NCBI GenBank assembly: GCA_043228905.1
Contig: JBHGNT010000012.1
Span: forward strand, 13,268,001 to 13,332,000
Reading direction: 5' to 3'
DNA from: Azolla caroliniana
Lineage: Eukaryota > Plantae > Polypodiophyta
DNA: 64,000 bases
Translations under genes and position numbers: made by a program
Notes under the pieces: model-generated
Database searches by the model: none
What the model saw: only the letters and a program-made list of their open reading frames with translations
What the model was told of the DNA's origin: nothing
Part shown: piece after piece, positions 1 to 12,221 of the stretch
How the letters are laid out: the number at the start of each line of letters is the position of its first letter
How positions within the stretch are numbered: the first letter of the stretch is position 1

Positions 1-416
1 CGAGGAGTTGAAATTGATCCTTCTCGCATTGAGAAAATCAAGCTTTGGCCCACTCTTCGGAATATTCGAGAAGTTCGATCATTCCTTGGTTTTGTGGGGT
101 TTTTGCGAAAGTCTCTTCGTAATTACTCCCAATTGACGACGCCGTTTACTGATCTTTTAAAAGGTTAAACGCGTAAGTCTACAAAACCTATTGTGTGGAA
201 TGCTATACTAGACCTTGCCTTTAAGGAACTCAAGGACTTGGTTTGCAAGGCTCCTTCACTTCTTTTACGCGATCCTTCAAAACCTTTTGAGGTTGAAACC
301 GATGCAAGCGATTATGCTATAGGTGCTGTCTTGTATCAAGATGGTAAACCAATAGCATTCGAGAGTAAGAAACTTGATTCTGCTCAATGTCGGTATACCG
401 TTCAAGAAAAGGAATT
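1..416 (+). pseudogene. Ty3/gypsy family G1 RT/RNase H fragment, running off the left edge
   Basis: ORF 193..420 has RNase H motif [16 protein letters not shown]; in-frame TAA at 166-168; near-identical to ~16776-17190. Confidence 0.9.
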
Positions 417-1682
417 TTAGTTAGTCTATCAACCACAACCCAGATGGCATCATGGCCTTTCTAGGTACGAGGAAGGCTGACAATAAAATCCATGGATATA
501 CTTTCCCACTTATTATTGGGAATGTCCAAGGGATGTAAAAGTCTTGCGACTTTAAATCGCTCGGCTTTGTTAACATGACATTAGTGACATTTAGTCACAT
601 AGCTATGTGTGACGGGATGCATCTTAGGCCAATAAAATTGAGTGGAGATGAGAACGAGTGTACGATGTATTCCAGGGTGCCCTGCTGAGGGTGCATCATG
701 GCATTAAAAAAGAATCCTCTTTTTGACCTCAGTTAAATCTGGGACACAAACCTTCCCATTACGGTAGAGCAAACCGTTAGCAATGTGGAAGTATTCCTTC
801 AAGGATGTGGTGGTGTCTGTTCCAGACTCAACTCTTGCCCAGTATTTTGCGAAATAACTGTCATCAGAATACTTTCCTCGAAGGTGATCATAAAGATCTG
901 ATGATATTTCAGTGAAGCTAAGCATGTTAACTTCACGGATGCGACTTAGTGCATTAGCGACAGTGTTCATGGAACTTTTACGATATCGTATGGAAAAATC
1001 AAAGTCCTGGATGAGATCAGCCCATCGTGCCTTACGACCTTTCAGGTCTTGTTGGTCACAAAAATATTTCAAGGACTCGTGGTCCGTAGTTACCACAAAG
1101 TGATTTCCATAAAGATAATGGCGCCATGTTTTGAGCGCATGTATAACTGCAAATAATTCCTTTTCTTGAACGGTATACCGACATTGAGCAGAATCAAGTT
1201 TCTTACTCTCGAATGCTATTGGTTTACCATCTTGATACAAGACAGCACCTATAGCATAATCGCTTGCATCGGTTTCAACCTCAAAAGGTTTTGAAGGATC
1301 GGGTAAAAGAAGTGAAGGAGCCTTGCATACCAGGTCCTTGAGTTCCTTAAAGGCGAGGTCTTGTGTAGCATTCCAGACAATAGGTTTTGTGGACTTATGC
1401 GTTTGACCTTTTAGAAGATCAGTAAACGGCATCGTCAATTGGGAGTAATTACGAAGGGATTTTCGCAAAAACACGACAAAACCAAGGAATGATCGAACTT
1501 CTCGAATGTTCCGAAGAGTGGGCCAAAGCTTGATTTTCTCGATGCGAGAAGGATCAATTTCAACTCCTCGTTCGGTTATGAGATGTCCAAGATAAGTAGT
1601 TGATTTCTTGAAGAACTCACATTTTGAGATCTTCGCATCAAACTATTTGTCATGCAATGTTTGTAAAACAAAGCGGACATGT
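414..1682 (-). pseudogene. G1 pol segment (RT end, RNase H, integrase N-terminus); left part of copy A
   Basis: ORF 704..1474 has [10 protein letters not shown] and WRHYLYG; after its stop the frame continues as CHDAPSAGHPG and then DAIWVVVDRLTK; continues at 7014 across the copia insertion. Confidence 0.9.
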
Positions 1683-2295
1683 TGATGAGGAATAATCGTC
1701 ACTTTCCAAACTCCACCTCTCGGCCGCAACCAAAGAAACACACGAATCGTTGTTGCAGAAAATGGGAAATGCAGAAGTAATAGATGGACACGCGATTTAA
1801 CGTGGAAAACCCTGTACGGGAAAAAAACCACGGGAGTACAAGACTCCGAACCGAAACTATGCACAGAGAAGTATACAATGGCGAGCTGCAAGGCGACGAC
1901 CTTGAGCTCGCTGTCCTCGCCACAGGCGGCGGAAATACACAGAGGCGTCTACCTCTTCCTCTCTCTCACGCTCTATCTCTCTCTCTCTCACGGCTGCTCT
2001 CTCTTCACTCCTCTTGAGTGGAAAAACAGAAAAATGAGTAGCAACAATAAAACTGTTTCCCCTAAGTCATATTTATACACATATGACTTTAGGGCTATTT
2101 ACAACTATAGCCTCAAGGGCCCTTGGCAAACATATTCACAGATATGTCCCCGCATCCGGATCTCGCTCCGGGTACATTCGTCATTCGGCTCCGAAACCGG
2201 GGTCTTCATCATCCGGTTCCGAAACCGAAACCGGGCTTGTCGGCATTCATCTCCGACATCCGACCATCCCATCCGAAGGGACCGTAATCCCAACA
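1683..2295 (-). repeat. 3' LTR of C1
   Basis: Direct repeat of 6396-7008 with 4 substitutions seen by eye; PPT (GAAGGGGGAG on -) at ~2298-2307. Confidence 0.95.
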
Positions 2296-2305
2296 AACTC
2301 CCCCT

Positions 2306-4951
2306 TCACTTCGGCATGGGATGTCTCTCCAATCCGATCCTCTTCCGGCATGCTTCCAGCTTGTCGGGTGTGAGCACCTTGGTCAGCATATCCGACCCGT
2401 TCTCGTCCGTGTGGATCTTCGCCAGCACGAACTCCTTGTCTTCTATCCTTTCCCGGATCCAGTGATATCTTCGCTGGATGTGCTTTGTCCGGGAGTGATA
2501 GGCCGCGTTCTTCGCAAGGTGGATTGCACTCTGACTGTCGCAGTAGAGTCGGTACTCCTCCTGCCGGATACCGAGCTCTCTAATGAAGTCCTTCATCCAT
2601 ATTATTTCCTTGCCGGCTTCAACAGCCGCCATGTACTCCGCCTCCGTGGTTGACAACGCAACCGTCTTCTGCAGCCTCGACTGCCATGAAACAGCTCCCC
2701 CTGCATACGTCATCACATACCCTGATGTGGACCGGCTGGTATCTGCATCAGCCGACATATCCGAATCGGTAAAGCCGTCGAGTTCGGGCTTACCGGAGCC
2801 GAATCGGAGGCACACGTTTGTCGTGCCCTTCAGGTATCGGAGTATCCACTTGGCCGCGTTCCAATGCTCTTTGCCGGGATTGCTCATGTACCGGCTCACC
2901 ACTCCGACTGCATATCCTATGTCCGGTCGGGTACACACCATCGCGTACATCAAGCTCCCGACGGCAGAGGCATATGGTACTTTCATCATGTCCTCCTTCT
3001 CAGCCTTTGTCTTGGGGCTTTGCTTGCTGGACAGCTTGCAGTTTGTCGGGAGTGTTGACCCGACCGGTCTTGCTTCCGACATGTTGAACCGGTGAAGCAC
3101 CTTTGTCACGTACTTCTCTTGTGACAGCCACAACTGCTTCTTCTTCCGGTCCCGGATGATATGCATCCCTAGTATTTGCCTCGCCGGACCCAGGTCCTTC
3201 ATTGAGAAGGTTCGGTGAAGAGCCTTCTTCAGCATCCGAATCTTGACCTGGTCCCGTCCGACGATCAACATGTCGTCCACGTACAGGAGGAGTATTAGAA
3301 AGTCTCCTCCTTCGAACTTCTTCACAAACACGCAGTGGTCGGACTGCATTTTGAGGTACCCTTCGTCGGTCATGAAGGAGTCGAACTTCCGGTACCATTG
3401 CCGGGGAGCCTGCTTCAGTCCGTAAAGGCTCTTCTTCAACCGGCATACCAGGTGCTCCTTCCCTTTCTTCTCGAATCCTTCCGGTTGCTGCATGTAGATC
3501 TCTTCCTCGAGGTCACCGTGAAGGAATGCCGTCTTCACGTCCATCTGTTCTACCTCGAGGTCCATGCTTGCCGCTATGCTCAGCACCGTCCGGATGGAGG
3601 TCATCTTCACTACCGGGGCAAATATCTCGTCGAAGTCGACGCCCTTCTTCTGATGAAACCCCTTCACCACGATCCTGGCTTTGTATCTCGGGGGGTTTCC
3701 GGCATCTCCCGGTTTCAGCTTGAACACCCACTTGTTTCGAAGTGCCCGCTTTCCTTTCGGCAACTCCACAAGTTCATATGTGTGGTTCTCATGCAGGGAA
3801 TCCATCTCGTCCTGCATGGCACTCAACCACCTGCGGCTCTGGGTGTCATGCTTTGCTTCTTCAAAGCTCTCCGGCTCCCCCTCGTCGGTTAGCAGCACGT
3901 GCTCTGGTTCCGGAAATCTCCGGGGGGCCCTTCTCTCTCTTAGAGGATATCTCCGTTCCGGAGCTTCGGTAACCGGTTCTTCCGATTCTTCTTCATCCGA
4001 ATCTATTTCGGGATCGGGGCCGGTTCCGGTATCATTTTCATCTTCCTCGGCCGGTTCTGTTTCTTCACCGTCTTCGGCCGGATCTTCGAGTGTTAACCGG
4101 TCCCTTGCCGGTCGGGACTGCTCCTCGTAGAGTTTATCCTCACCGGTTGACTTGGAGCTCTTCATCTTCTTCTCCGACTCCCAGTCGGCGAGTGTCTTGT
4201 TCTCCATGAAGATGATATCACGACTCCGGAATATCTTCTTGTCGACCGGGTCCCATACTCGGTAGCCGAACTCGTCATCGCCGTAACCGAGGAATATGCA
4301 TGGCCGGGTCTTTGGATCTAGCTTTCCTCTCCGGTCCTTTGCCACATGCACGTATGCGAGACACCCGAACACCTTCAGATGCCGGTAGGATACTTCCCTA
4401 CCGGTCCACACTCTCTGCGGCGTGTCTCCGTCCAAAGGTACTGAGGGTGATCTGTTTATCACGTATGTCGCCGTCGACATCGCCTCAGCCCAAAACCCCT
4501 TGGGTAATTCCGCATGCGCCAGCATACTCCGGACCCTCTCCATTATGGTCCGGTTCATCCTCTCGGCCAGCCCGTTTAGTTCCGGCGTCTTCGGCACTGT
4601 AAACTCGAGTCGGATTCCCTTCGAGCGACAGTACTCCTGGAACTGCCCCCGGTATTCCCCTCCGTTATCCGCTCGTATCGCTTTCAGCTTCTTGCCGGAT
4701 TCCCTTTCCACTCTCGCGTGGAGTTCTTTGAAGACGCACAACACTTGGTCCTTTGTCTTCAACGGTGCCGTCCACAGCTTCCGGCTGTGATCATCAATGA
4801 ATGTTACGAAGTAATGGGCTCCGCCATGTGACTTCGTTTCTACCTGACACACATCAGTATGCACCAACTCCAATGGTGCGCTACGTCTCGTCGGTGGCCT
4901 TGAGTGGAAGGAGGTTCGGTTCTGCTTACCGGCCAGGCAATCGGTGCACAT
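2306..4951 (-). CDS. C1 integrase-RT-RNase H, out of frame with gag-PR
   Basis: 881-aa ORF with LELVHTDV, IRADNGGEY, NGLAERMNRTI, MDVKTAFLHG, LLYVDDML, STTEAEY and TKHIQRRYH. Confidence 0.92.
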   Translation of the reverse strand: MCTDCLAGKQNRTSFHSRPPTRRSAPLELVHTDVCQVETKSHGGAHYFVTFIDDHSRKLWTAPLKTKDQVLCVFKELHARVERESGKKLKAIRADNGGEYRGQFQEYCRSKGIRLEFTVPKTPELNGLAERMNRTIMERVRSMLAHAELPKGFWAEAMSTATYVINRSPSVPLDGDTPQRVWTGREVSYRHLKVFGCLAYVHVAKDRRGKLDPKTRPCIFLGYGDDEFGYRVWDPVDKKIFRSRDIIFMENKTLADWESEKKMKSSKSTGEDKLYEEQSRPARDRLTLEDPAEDGEETEPAEEDENDTGTGPDPEIDSDEEESEEPVTEAPERRYPLRERRAPRRFPEPEHVLLTDEGEPESFEEAKHDTQSRRWLSAMQDEMDSLHENHTYELVELPKGKRALRNKWVFKLKPGDAGNPPRYKARIVVKGFHQKKGVDFDEIFAPVVKMTSIRTVLSIAASMDLEVEQMDVKTAFLHGDLEEEIYMQQPEGFEKKGKEHLVCRLKKSLYGLKQAPRQWYRKFDSFMTDEGYLKMQSDHCVFVKKFEGGDFLILLLYVDDMLIVGRDQVKIRMLKKALHRTFSMKDLGPARQILGMHIIRDRKKKQLWLSQEKYVTKVLHRFNMSEARPVGSTLPTNCKLSSKQSPKTKAEKEDMMKVPYASAVGSLMYAMVCTRPDIGYAVGVVSRYMSNPGKEHWNAAKWILRYLKGTTNVCLRFGSGKPELDGFTDSDMSADADTSRSTSGYVMTYAGGAVSWQSRLQKTVALSTTEAEYMAAVEAGKEIIWMKDFIRELGIRQEEYRLYCDSQSAIHLAKNAAYHSRTKHIQRRYHWIRERIEDKEFVLAKIHTDENGSDMLTKVLTPDKLEACRKRIGLERHPMPK

Positions 4952-6364
4952 GCTTCACTGGAATAAGGTTGTCTTCTGCAAGCCTCTTCATCCCCTTCTC
5001 ACTCATGTGGCACAATCTCTTGTGCCACAGCTCACCGGCAGTGTCGGTTGCCACGTTCAACTCTTCCGGACTCAACCAGGCATTCATAAGGTACAGTGTG
5101 TTGACTTTCCGGGCCCGAGCCACTATCAGGCTCCCCTTGCTGAACTTCATTACGCCGTTCCGGATGCTACCTGTGTAGCCTTCATCGTCTAGCCTCCCGG
5201 CCGAAATCAGGTTCAATCGAACCTCCGGAACGTGTCGGACATCCTTCAGCAGCATTTTGCATCCGGTCGGGGTTGTCAACCACACGTCTCCTATGCCGGC
5301 AATTCGGCACGTACCTTCATTTCCCATCCGAACACAGCCATGCTCACCGGCTGTGTAGGATGAGAAGTATCTTCTCTCCGGGGTCAGGTGGAACGATGCT
5401 CCGGAATCGACCACCCAGGTCGTCTCATCGCCGGCAATGTTTAGTTCACCTTCTTCGGTGATGAGCATGATTTCCTCTTCACTTGCCGCGAGTGCCGTCG
5501 TTCCTTTCCGGTCCTGCCCTCGCCGATCCGGACCTCTCCGGTCCGTGGCTCCCCGGTATGCACCGTTTCTCTCCGGTGACTTCTTCGAATCAGTGTCGTC
5601 GGCTCCGTTGTCCTTTCGGTAATGCCAACAATTCTTCCGGAAGTGCCCCGGCTTCCCACAGTGGAAGCATGTGGGTCTTCCTCTTGACTGCGACCGGGTC
5701 CCCGACTTCTCCCGTCTTTGCGGACTCCGGTTCCATTGTCTTCCCCGTTCCGATTCGGTAAGCAGCGCCTTTGAGTCGGAGGCCGGTTCTTTATCTCTCC
5801 GACGTGCTTCTTCGTTCAAAATACTTGTCTTTACCGTTTGTAGGGACAAGTTATCTTCCGTGCAGGAGGTGCTGAGAGTCACCACCAAGTTCTCCCAGCT
5901 TTCCGGCAATGTACACATCAGAATGATGGCTTGCATTGCATCCTCCAGCGGGAACTTAATCGCCGCAAGCTGGTTCACGAATCCCATGAACGTGCTTACG
6001 TGTTCCACCATACTCTCGCCGTCCCGGTACTTGAGGTTCACTATCTTCCTCATCAGGGAGGTCCGGTTCAACGCATTCTTCCTCTCGTAGAGGCCCAACA
6101 GCTTCCGCCACATCTCATATGCGTTGGTGTCGTTCGCCACATGTTGTAGAACGCTCACGTCGACGTATTGCCGAATGGTTGCAACGGCTTTCCGGTTCAG
6201 AAGCCTCCATTCCGACTCAAGTACCCCTTTCGGTATTTCCGACCTGTCAATCGGTTCGTACAGGTCCCGAACAATCAGAAGATCCTCCATCTTGATCTTC
6301 CAGTCGGCGTAATTCTGCGCATTCAGCACCATCATCCCCGGCTGCCCGCTGCCGCCGCCTTCCA
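4926..6364 (-). CDS. C1 Gag-protease (UBN2-type gag, CCHC knuckle, aspartic protease, GAG-pre-integrase start)
   Basis: ORF 4926..6446 has CFHCGKPGHFRKNC, WVVDSGASFH and LWHKRLCHMS; likely start MEGGGS at 6364, just after the PBS. Confidence 0.9.
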
Positions 6365-6395
6365 TTTTCTGCAGCAGTTCGCTCTGATACCAAAT

Positions 6396-7008
6396 TGATG
6401 AGGAATAATCGTCGCTTTCCAAACTCCACCTCTCGGCCGCAACCAAGGAAACACACGAATCGTTGTTGCAGAAAATGGGAAATGCAGAAGTAATAGATGG
6501 ACACGCGATTTAACGTGGAAAACCCTGTACGGGAAAAAAACCACGGGAGTACAAGACTCCGAACCGAAACTATGCACAGAGAAGTATACAATGGCGAGCT
6601 GCAAGGCGACGACCTTGAGCTCGCTGTCCTCGCCACAGGCGGCGGAAATACACAGAGGCGTCTACCTCTTCCTCTCTCTCACGCTCTATCTCTCTCTCTC
6701 TCACGGCTGCTCTCTCTTCACTCCTCTTGAGTGGAAAAACAGAAAAATGAGTAGCAACAATAAAACTGTTTGCCCTAAGTCATATTTATACACATATGAC
6801 TTTAGGGCTATTTACAACTATAGCCTCAAGGGCCCTTGGCAAACATATTCACAGATATGTCCCCGCATCCGGATCTCGCTCCGGGTACATTCGTCATCCG
6901 GCTCCGAAACCGGGGTCTTCATCATCCGGTTCCGAAACCGAAACCGGGCTTGTCGGCATTCATCTCCGACATCCGACCATCCCATCCGAAGGGACCGTAA
7001 TCCCAACA
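6396..7008 (-). repeat. 5' LTR of C1
   Basis: Matches 1683-2295; followed on - by PBS TGGTATCAGAGC (6381-6392). Confidence 0.95.
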
Positions 7009-7013
7009 CATGT

Positions 7014-10000
7014 TTAGCATGTTCTTGTAATGTATGGCTATAAACTAAAATATCATCCCAAGAAAATTACGACAAATTTTCCAAGTTATTCTCGGAAAAT
7101 GTCATTCATTTCTTGTTGAAATGTAGCCGGAGCATTGGTCAAACCAAAAGGCATAACCAAAAACTCATAATGGCCATAGCGCGTACGAAATGCCGTTTTA
7201 GGAACATCATCCTCACTTATACGTATTTGATGGTAGCTAGTACGGAGATCAAGTTTCGTAAAATACCGATCTCCCTGGAGACGGTCAATTACATCGTCAG
7301 CCCAGGCAATGGATAGGAATTTTTTATCGTCACTTTATTCAAGCGTCGGTAATTAATACACATACGCCATGTGCCCTCTTTCTTCTTAACCAAGAGAACT
7401 GATGCACCCCATGGAGATTTACTATAACGTATATAACCCATTCGTAAATAGTCCTTGAGTTGCTTAGATACCTCATCCTCTTCGGATCGACTTAAGCGCT
7501 AAGGAGGTATACTTATTGGAGCAATGCTAGGTACAATATCTATACGATGGTCTATATTACGTTTAGGAGGTAGCCCATATGGTAGTTCACTTGGAAAAAA
7601 TCAAGTTGTTGTTGTTCAAAATATGTTAAGTGAATTGAGACATTCTCGATATTGTAAACGTGAATGTTCGGATCAAGTACACAATAAAATAGAGTAGAAC
7701 AAGACAACTCGGATATTGATGGACACGAGGAAACAATCGAGAGGGATTGTTTTTTTACACATTGAATAAAATGAGTACAGTCATTCATTACAAATGTAAT
7801 TGAATGATGAACCCAATCAATAGATAAAGAAGAGTTTTTATTATAAAACCAGGGATAACCCAGTATTACAGAAGTAGTACAAAGATTCATTACATGGAAG
7901 TCTACTTCCTCTATATAAGTATCAATAGAAATTCCTAATGAATGAATCGCCACGTTGATGTATTGTACTCTTCCATCAGCCAACTACACGGTATAGGTGT
8001 GATCACATACGGTGGCTTAGATTCCCCATATTTGAACCAAACGATCATTCACAAAGTTGTGTGAGCTTCCCGAATCAAACAAAAATTGTACGAGAGATCC
8101 ATTGATATACCCGTTTGCAAGTAGTAAATCATTGGGACCCAATACATAGTGAGGGAAAGAACATTGAAAATTACTTAAATGATGTGTATAAACCTGAAGG
8201 ACATTAGGAATCTGACCTTTATGGTCTGCAGCTTTAGCTTTGTTGTCATGCTCTTTCCGTTGGAGCTTTCGACATTGCTCTTTTGTATGACCATTCTTTT
8301 TGCAGAATACGCAAAAAGGATGTTGTCGCTTACAATCGCGATCCATGAATTCATTGGGTTTCACAGCGAATTGCGACTGCTTAGTCTCAAGCGCTTCGTT
8401 GGGTTTGTTGTGGTCCTTCTTCGAAGTGCGTTGATAGCGAAGAACTATTTCAACGGCCTCTTCGAAGGATTTTGGATCCTTATCGTGCACTATCCAATGA
8501 TAGTCTGAATTGGGGATGCCATTGAATAAACAAGCTATTAACCAATTCTCCCCTTCTAGACCCGATTTTTGGATTTGGGGTCTAGTATGGTGGACATCGA
8601 CTTCTAGTGAAGAAAATTTCCTGCTAGAGAGGTTCATTAAAGCTTGAGCTGCCTCGGTTCGAGAGGGAGGTTGCAGAAATTGGCCCTTAAAAACTATGAC
8701 AAAATCTGTCCAGATATCGGGTAATTTCCCCAAAGTTCGGAGCCCATGCCACCAGGCGCCGGCTTTACCCCCTAGTTCTCGACCGACATATGCAATCTTC
8801 GTACTATCGGGCGTGGGATAGAACTCAAAATGAGACTCCCATCGGCCCAGCCACGTGCATATTGCTTCTTCAGTTGTTTCCTTTTTTTCTCCCGTAAATG
8901 GCTTAACGACAAATGATGGTTCACCCTGTCGCTCATCAGGTCTATTAGTCTCATGTTGTAAAATAATGACACGTGCGTCGAGAGCACTTTGAGATTGCCA
9001 AAGTTCGGTCATCTGTTGAGTGGTGAAACTAAGGTATTGGATTATTTGGGAAAAATACATCTCAATGGACATTTGTCCGGGAGGATTTCCTTGAGTTCCT
9101 TCCGCTTGTGCGGATGACATCAGGTCGTTATTTTGAGCCATTAAATGATTATTTCTGGCAAAGAAAAAGGATAAGTTCAGACAAATAGTCATAACATCAT
9201 GTCGTGATGTAAACATATCATGGGCAAACATTAATCAATATCATGATCTCACGTCAATACCCCTCTAGACGTATGAGATGAGGTTCAAGATCATGTTACT
9301 ATGGTAACACAAAGGTGTTTTTAAAACCATGGGGGTGACAAATGAATGTCTTTCCCTGATCTCTATATCGATTTTTTCATGGCGGCTCCCCGAGGCTCAA
9401 CCATGTATGTTTGTGTCATGAGTAGTTTATACACGAAAAAACTGTTAACAATAAACTATGTTTCTGTGCCCACATATGTGGTTTTGACTCTTTATGTCCT
9501 ATTACGAGGACCCCGAAGTGCACTTAGACCTCAAGTCTAAACATGTTTTATAGTCATATGTATCAACGATGTTGTATGGTCATGGTCATATTTGAACTAA
9601 AGACCTCGAGAACAAATGGATTAAACACTTGAACCAACCAAGTAGGTTGCTCTTCTTGAATGTTTAATGTTTCATGCGTATAAGGGATATGCCAGGCATT
9701 TGCCCATATATGTTTTTTTAAAAGAAACATATATGTCACGAGTCCTTATTTCCCCCTCGTTTACTACAAAATATGTTGGTATGTTACCTAACCTTAAGTC
9801 TCATAATTACGATGGCATACACCAAAGTGCAACCTAATGGTGAAGCGAAATGAGCCCTCTTTTTATAGTAGGCCCACGTGGCCCATCACATGGTTACGTC
9901 ATTATGAATGCCTTTCGTAAGAATGATCTCATGGTGGCATCGTATCCATGTAATGAGGGAGGGATGTTGGATATGTGTGTCATAGGAGTGACCTCACATG

Positions 10001-10587
10001 AAGTGGGTTAAGCCCTACGTACTCAACACCATTGTGGCTATGATTGTTTAATTACATAACAAAATATCGAAGTGACCAACGGGGATGTCAACAAAAAATT
10101 GTTGAAAAAGGGATGGTGAAAACGCCATTACTATTAGAGACATGAACTAATGTAATCATTAGATAAGGATAGAATATAGATAGATAGAAAGGAGAGAGAG
10201 AGAAAGAAGGGTGCCGATCCACCCGGACCACCCCCAAGCGAAGGGATCAAGACGGACTTGAGCCTCAATCAGCGTCCCATACCACCGCCGTGGCGTCGAG
10301 TCGTACCTGGTGCGGGCGCACTCGTTACAAGAGTTGACCCACCATAAGACAAAGTCTCGACGTAGTCAACAAGCTAATCAAATGAGGGTAGCTAGGCCTC
10401 TTATTTATAGCGATACCCAAGGCCCCTAGGCAAGTTCACACTTGGCCTTATGGGTTGTCTCAATCCCAAGGATTAAAATTAATCCTCCCCTTCTTTACAC
10501 TCTCATTTAACCCTCACACTTATCCACGTGTATAGAATACTACGGTAAATTCTCACCACAGGATATTCTATGGCCATGCCCGTAACA
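7014..10587 (-). mobile_element. G1 copy A, 5' part: LTR, partly deleted leader, gag, protease, RT start
   Basis: ORF 8017..9231 ([24 protein letters not shown]); LTR ~10132-10587 starts TGTTACGGGCATG on -; PBS and ~0.7 kb of leader missing at ~10128. Confidence 0.9.
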
Positions 10588-11140
10588 ACTAACATCAAGG
10601 GTAGAGTGAACTCAGCCTTAATAATGTCATGTGGGACCGTCGATTTGCTTCGGAGTTGGCATGATAACATCATCACCAATGGTCTCTCTAATTGCGTCCA
10701 CATGAAAGATGGTGGTCTTGGAGCCCAAACCTTACGAGCAATAAAATCCGTGATCTCATCAATGTAGATCCCAAAAAGAGTCGGAGATAGGGAGCAACCT
10801 TGTTTTACACCAATAGTGCTAGTGAAACAATCGGATATGCCACTTGGGCATCGAACACACCCGGACACTTGTTCATATAGTGCATAGATGGCCCAAACCA
10901 TGTCATTTGGTATCCTCAAGCTTTTAAGCCTATCAAAAAATCGCTCTGTAGGGACTGTGTCAAAGGCTTTGCGGAAGTCCACAAAACAACAACATGATTT
11001 CTTCTTGCGAGCCTTAGTTTGGTCAATTAAGCATCTAAGTGTGAAGATATGATCAATAGTGGAGAAGCCTCATCTAAAGCCAGCCTGTTCAGGTGCACGA
11101 AGATTTAAGGTCTCCATATAATCACTAAGCTTTGCTGCCA
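10588..11140 (-). mobile_element. Non-LTR retrotransposon (RTE-like LINE) RT remnant
   Basis: Reads QAGFR..FSTIDHIFTLR, FVDFRKAFDTVP and GVKQGCSLSPTLFGIYIDE; degenerate and internally deleted. Confidence 0.85.
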
Positions 11141-11271
11141 TTATTTGGGTCCATGGGGTCCATGGGGGCCACTGTGTTCATGGTCCATTATGGTGGAAAA
11201 CCCTCAGCAAGGGCACGATTGAATATTAGAGTTAGCAAGGGAGCTAGACACTCTCTCGCACGATTGAAGAT

Positions 11272-11272
<1 letters not shown>

Positions 11273-11310
<38 letters not shown>
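11273..11310. repeat. (GA)n microsatellite
   Basis: Directly visible. Confidence 0.95.
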
Positions 11311-11312
<2 letters not shown>

Positions 11313-11316
11313 TAGA

Positions 11317-11663
11317 TGGATGTAGTTCAGTTGGTAAGGTTGCCCAATGGAGATATGTATGAAGTATATAATAGAGAGATGAGGAAATTGGGTTCGAATG
11401 GAGACCAGGTGGTCATGGGTTGAACCCTTACATTCCATCGTGGCATCTAGTGAATTAAGAGATATGTATGAAGTATATAATTGAGAGGTGAGGAAATTGG
11501 GTTTGAATGGAGACTAGGCGGTCATGGGTTCAACCCTTACATTCCACTGTGGCAGCTAGTGAATTAAGAGATATGTATGAAGTATATAATAGAGAAGTGA
11601 GGAAATTGGGTTTCGAACCCAAGACGCAATGCTTATAGTGTAACAACTTACCACTAAGTTAAC
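11317..11663. repeat. 109-bp tandem repeat (~2.4 units) built from tRNA-derived SINE-like heads
   Basis: Unit starts at 11350, 11459 and 11568; A-box-like TAGTTCAGTTGGT and B-box-like GGTTCAACCC on +; a second A/B pair (TAACTTAGTGGT, GGTTCGAAACCC) on - at ~11595-11663. Confidence 0.6.
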
Positions 11664-12221
11664 ATAATTACGATAAAAAACAACAAAAGAGAGAGAGAAT
11701 CTATTAAATCAATAGCAGAGCTCCTACAGACATCAACCCTCCCCCATTTATATCTCTCAGGCATCATTACGACGGCCAAGGCCCTGAAATTCCTCTCCTG
11801 TCAGAGAGGAATCTCCACCACAATCTTCTCCTTAACTACCTCACCTACCACTCTTTTCTTCTCCTACATGTGCACTAAAGTACATATTATACTCACTCTT
11901 TCAAACAACACAGACAAATTGAATATGAAGATTCAAGCAAGATAACAAGAAGTAGGAAGCGCAGTTGTGCTCTAATGGAAACTCTTATTCCTCTTCTGTA
12001 AAACGCTCTCTATACAATGTTATTGTTGGGCTTATATACTCAAGCCCTAACTTGAGAACTTGTTCACACTTAAGGATACAATTTGGAAGGAGGGGGGAAG
12101 GAGTCAGCCTTTTAATGTGTTCCTTGTACACGCTTGTTCCTGTGCTCCTCGATGGATCCTCGATCGGTCTTCGGGTTCATTTCGTCTCCTCTCTAGTCAA
12201 TTTCATTGCACTTGATTGTGT

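Larger units (their letters stand above)
1683..7008 (-). mobile_element. Full-length Ty1/copia LTR retrotransposon C1 (Tnt1/Tork-like) inserted in G1 RT
   Basis: Two 613-bp TG...CA LTRs; perfect 5-bp TSD CATGT (1678-1682, 7009-7013); tRNA-iMet PBS; PPT; domain order gag-PR-INT-RT-RH. Confidence 0.97.

Noticed and set aside
4926-4960. Programmed frameshift in copia C1
   Set aside because: The break lies inside the integrase HHCC region, has no slippery motif, and the segment looks a few residues short; a deletion is simpler.
2321-6400. Many + strand ORFs over C1
   Set aside because: Antisense shadows of a GC-rich coding region.
11317-11437. Functional tRNA gene
   Set aside because: Interrupted by the repeat unit and no convincing anticodon arm; treated as SINE-like.
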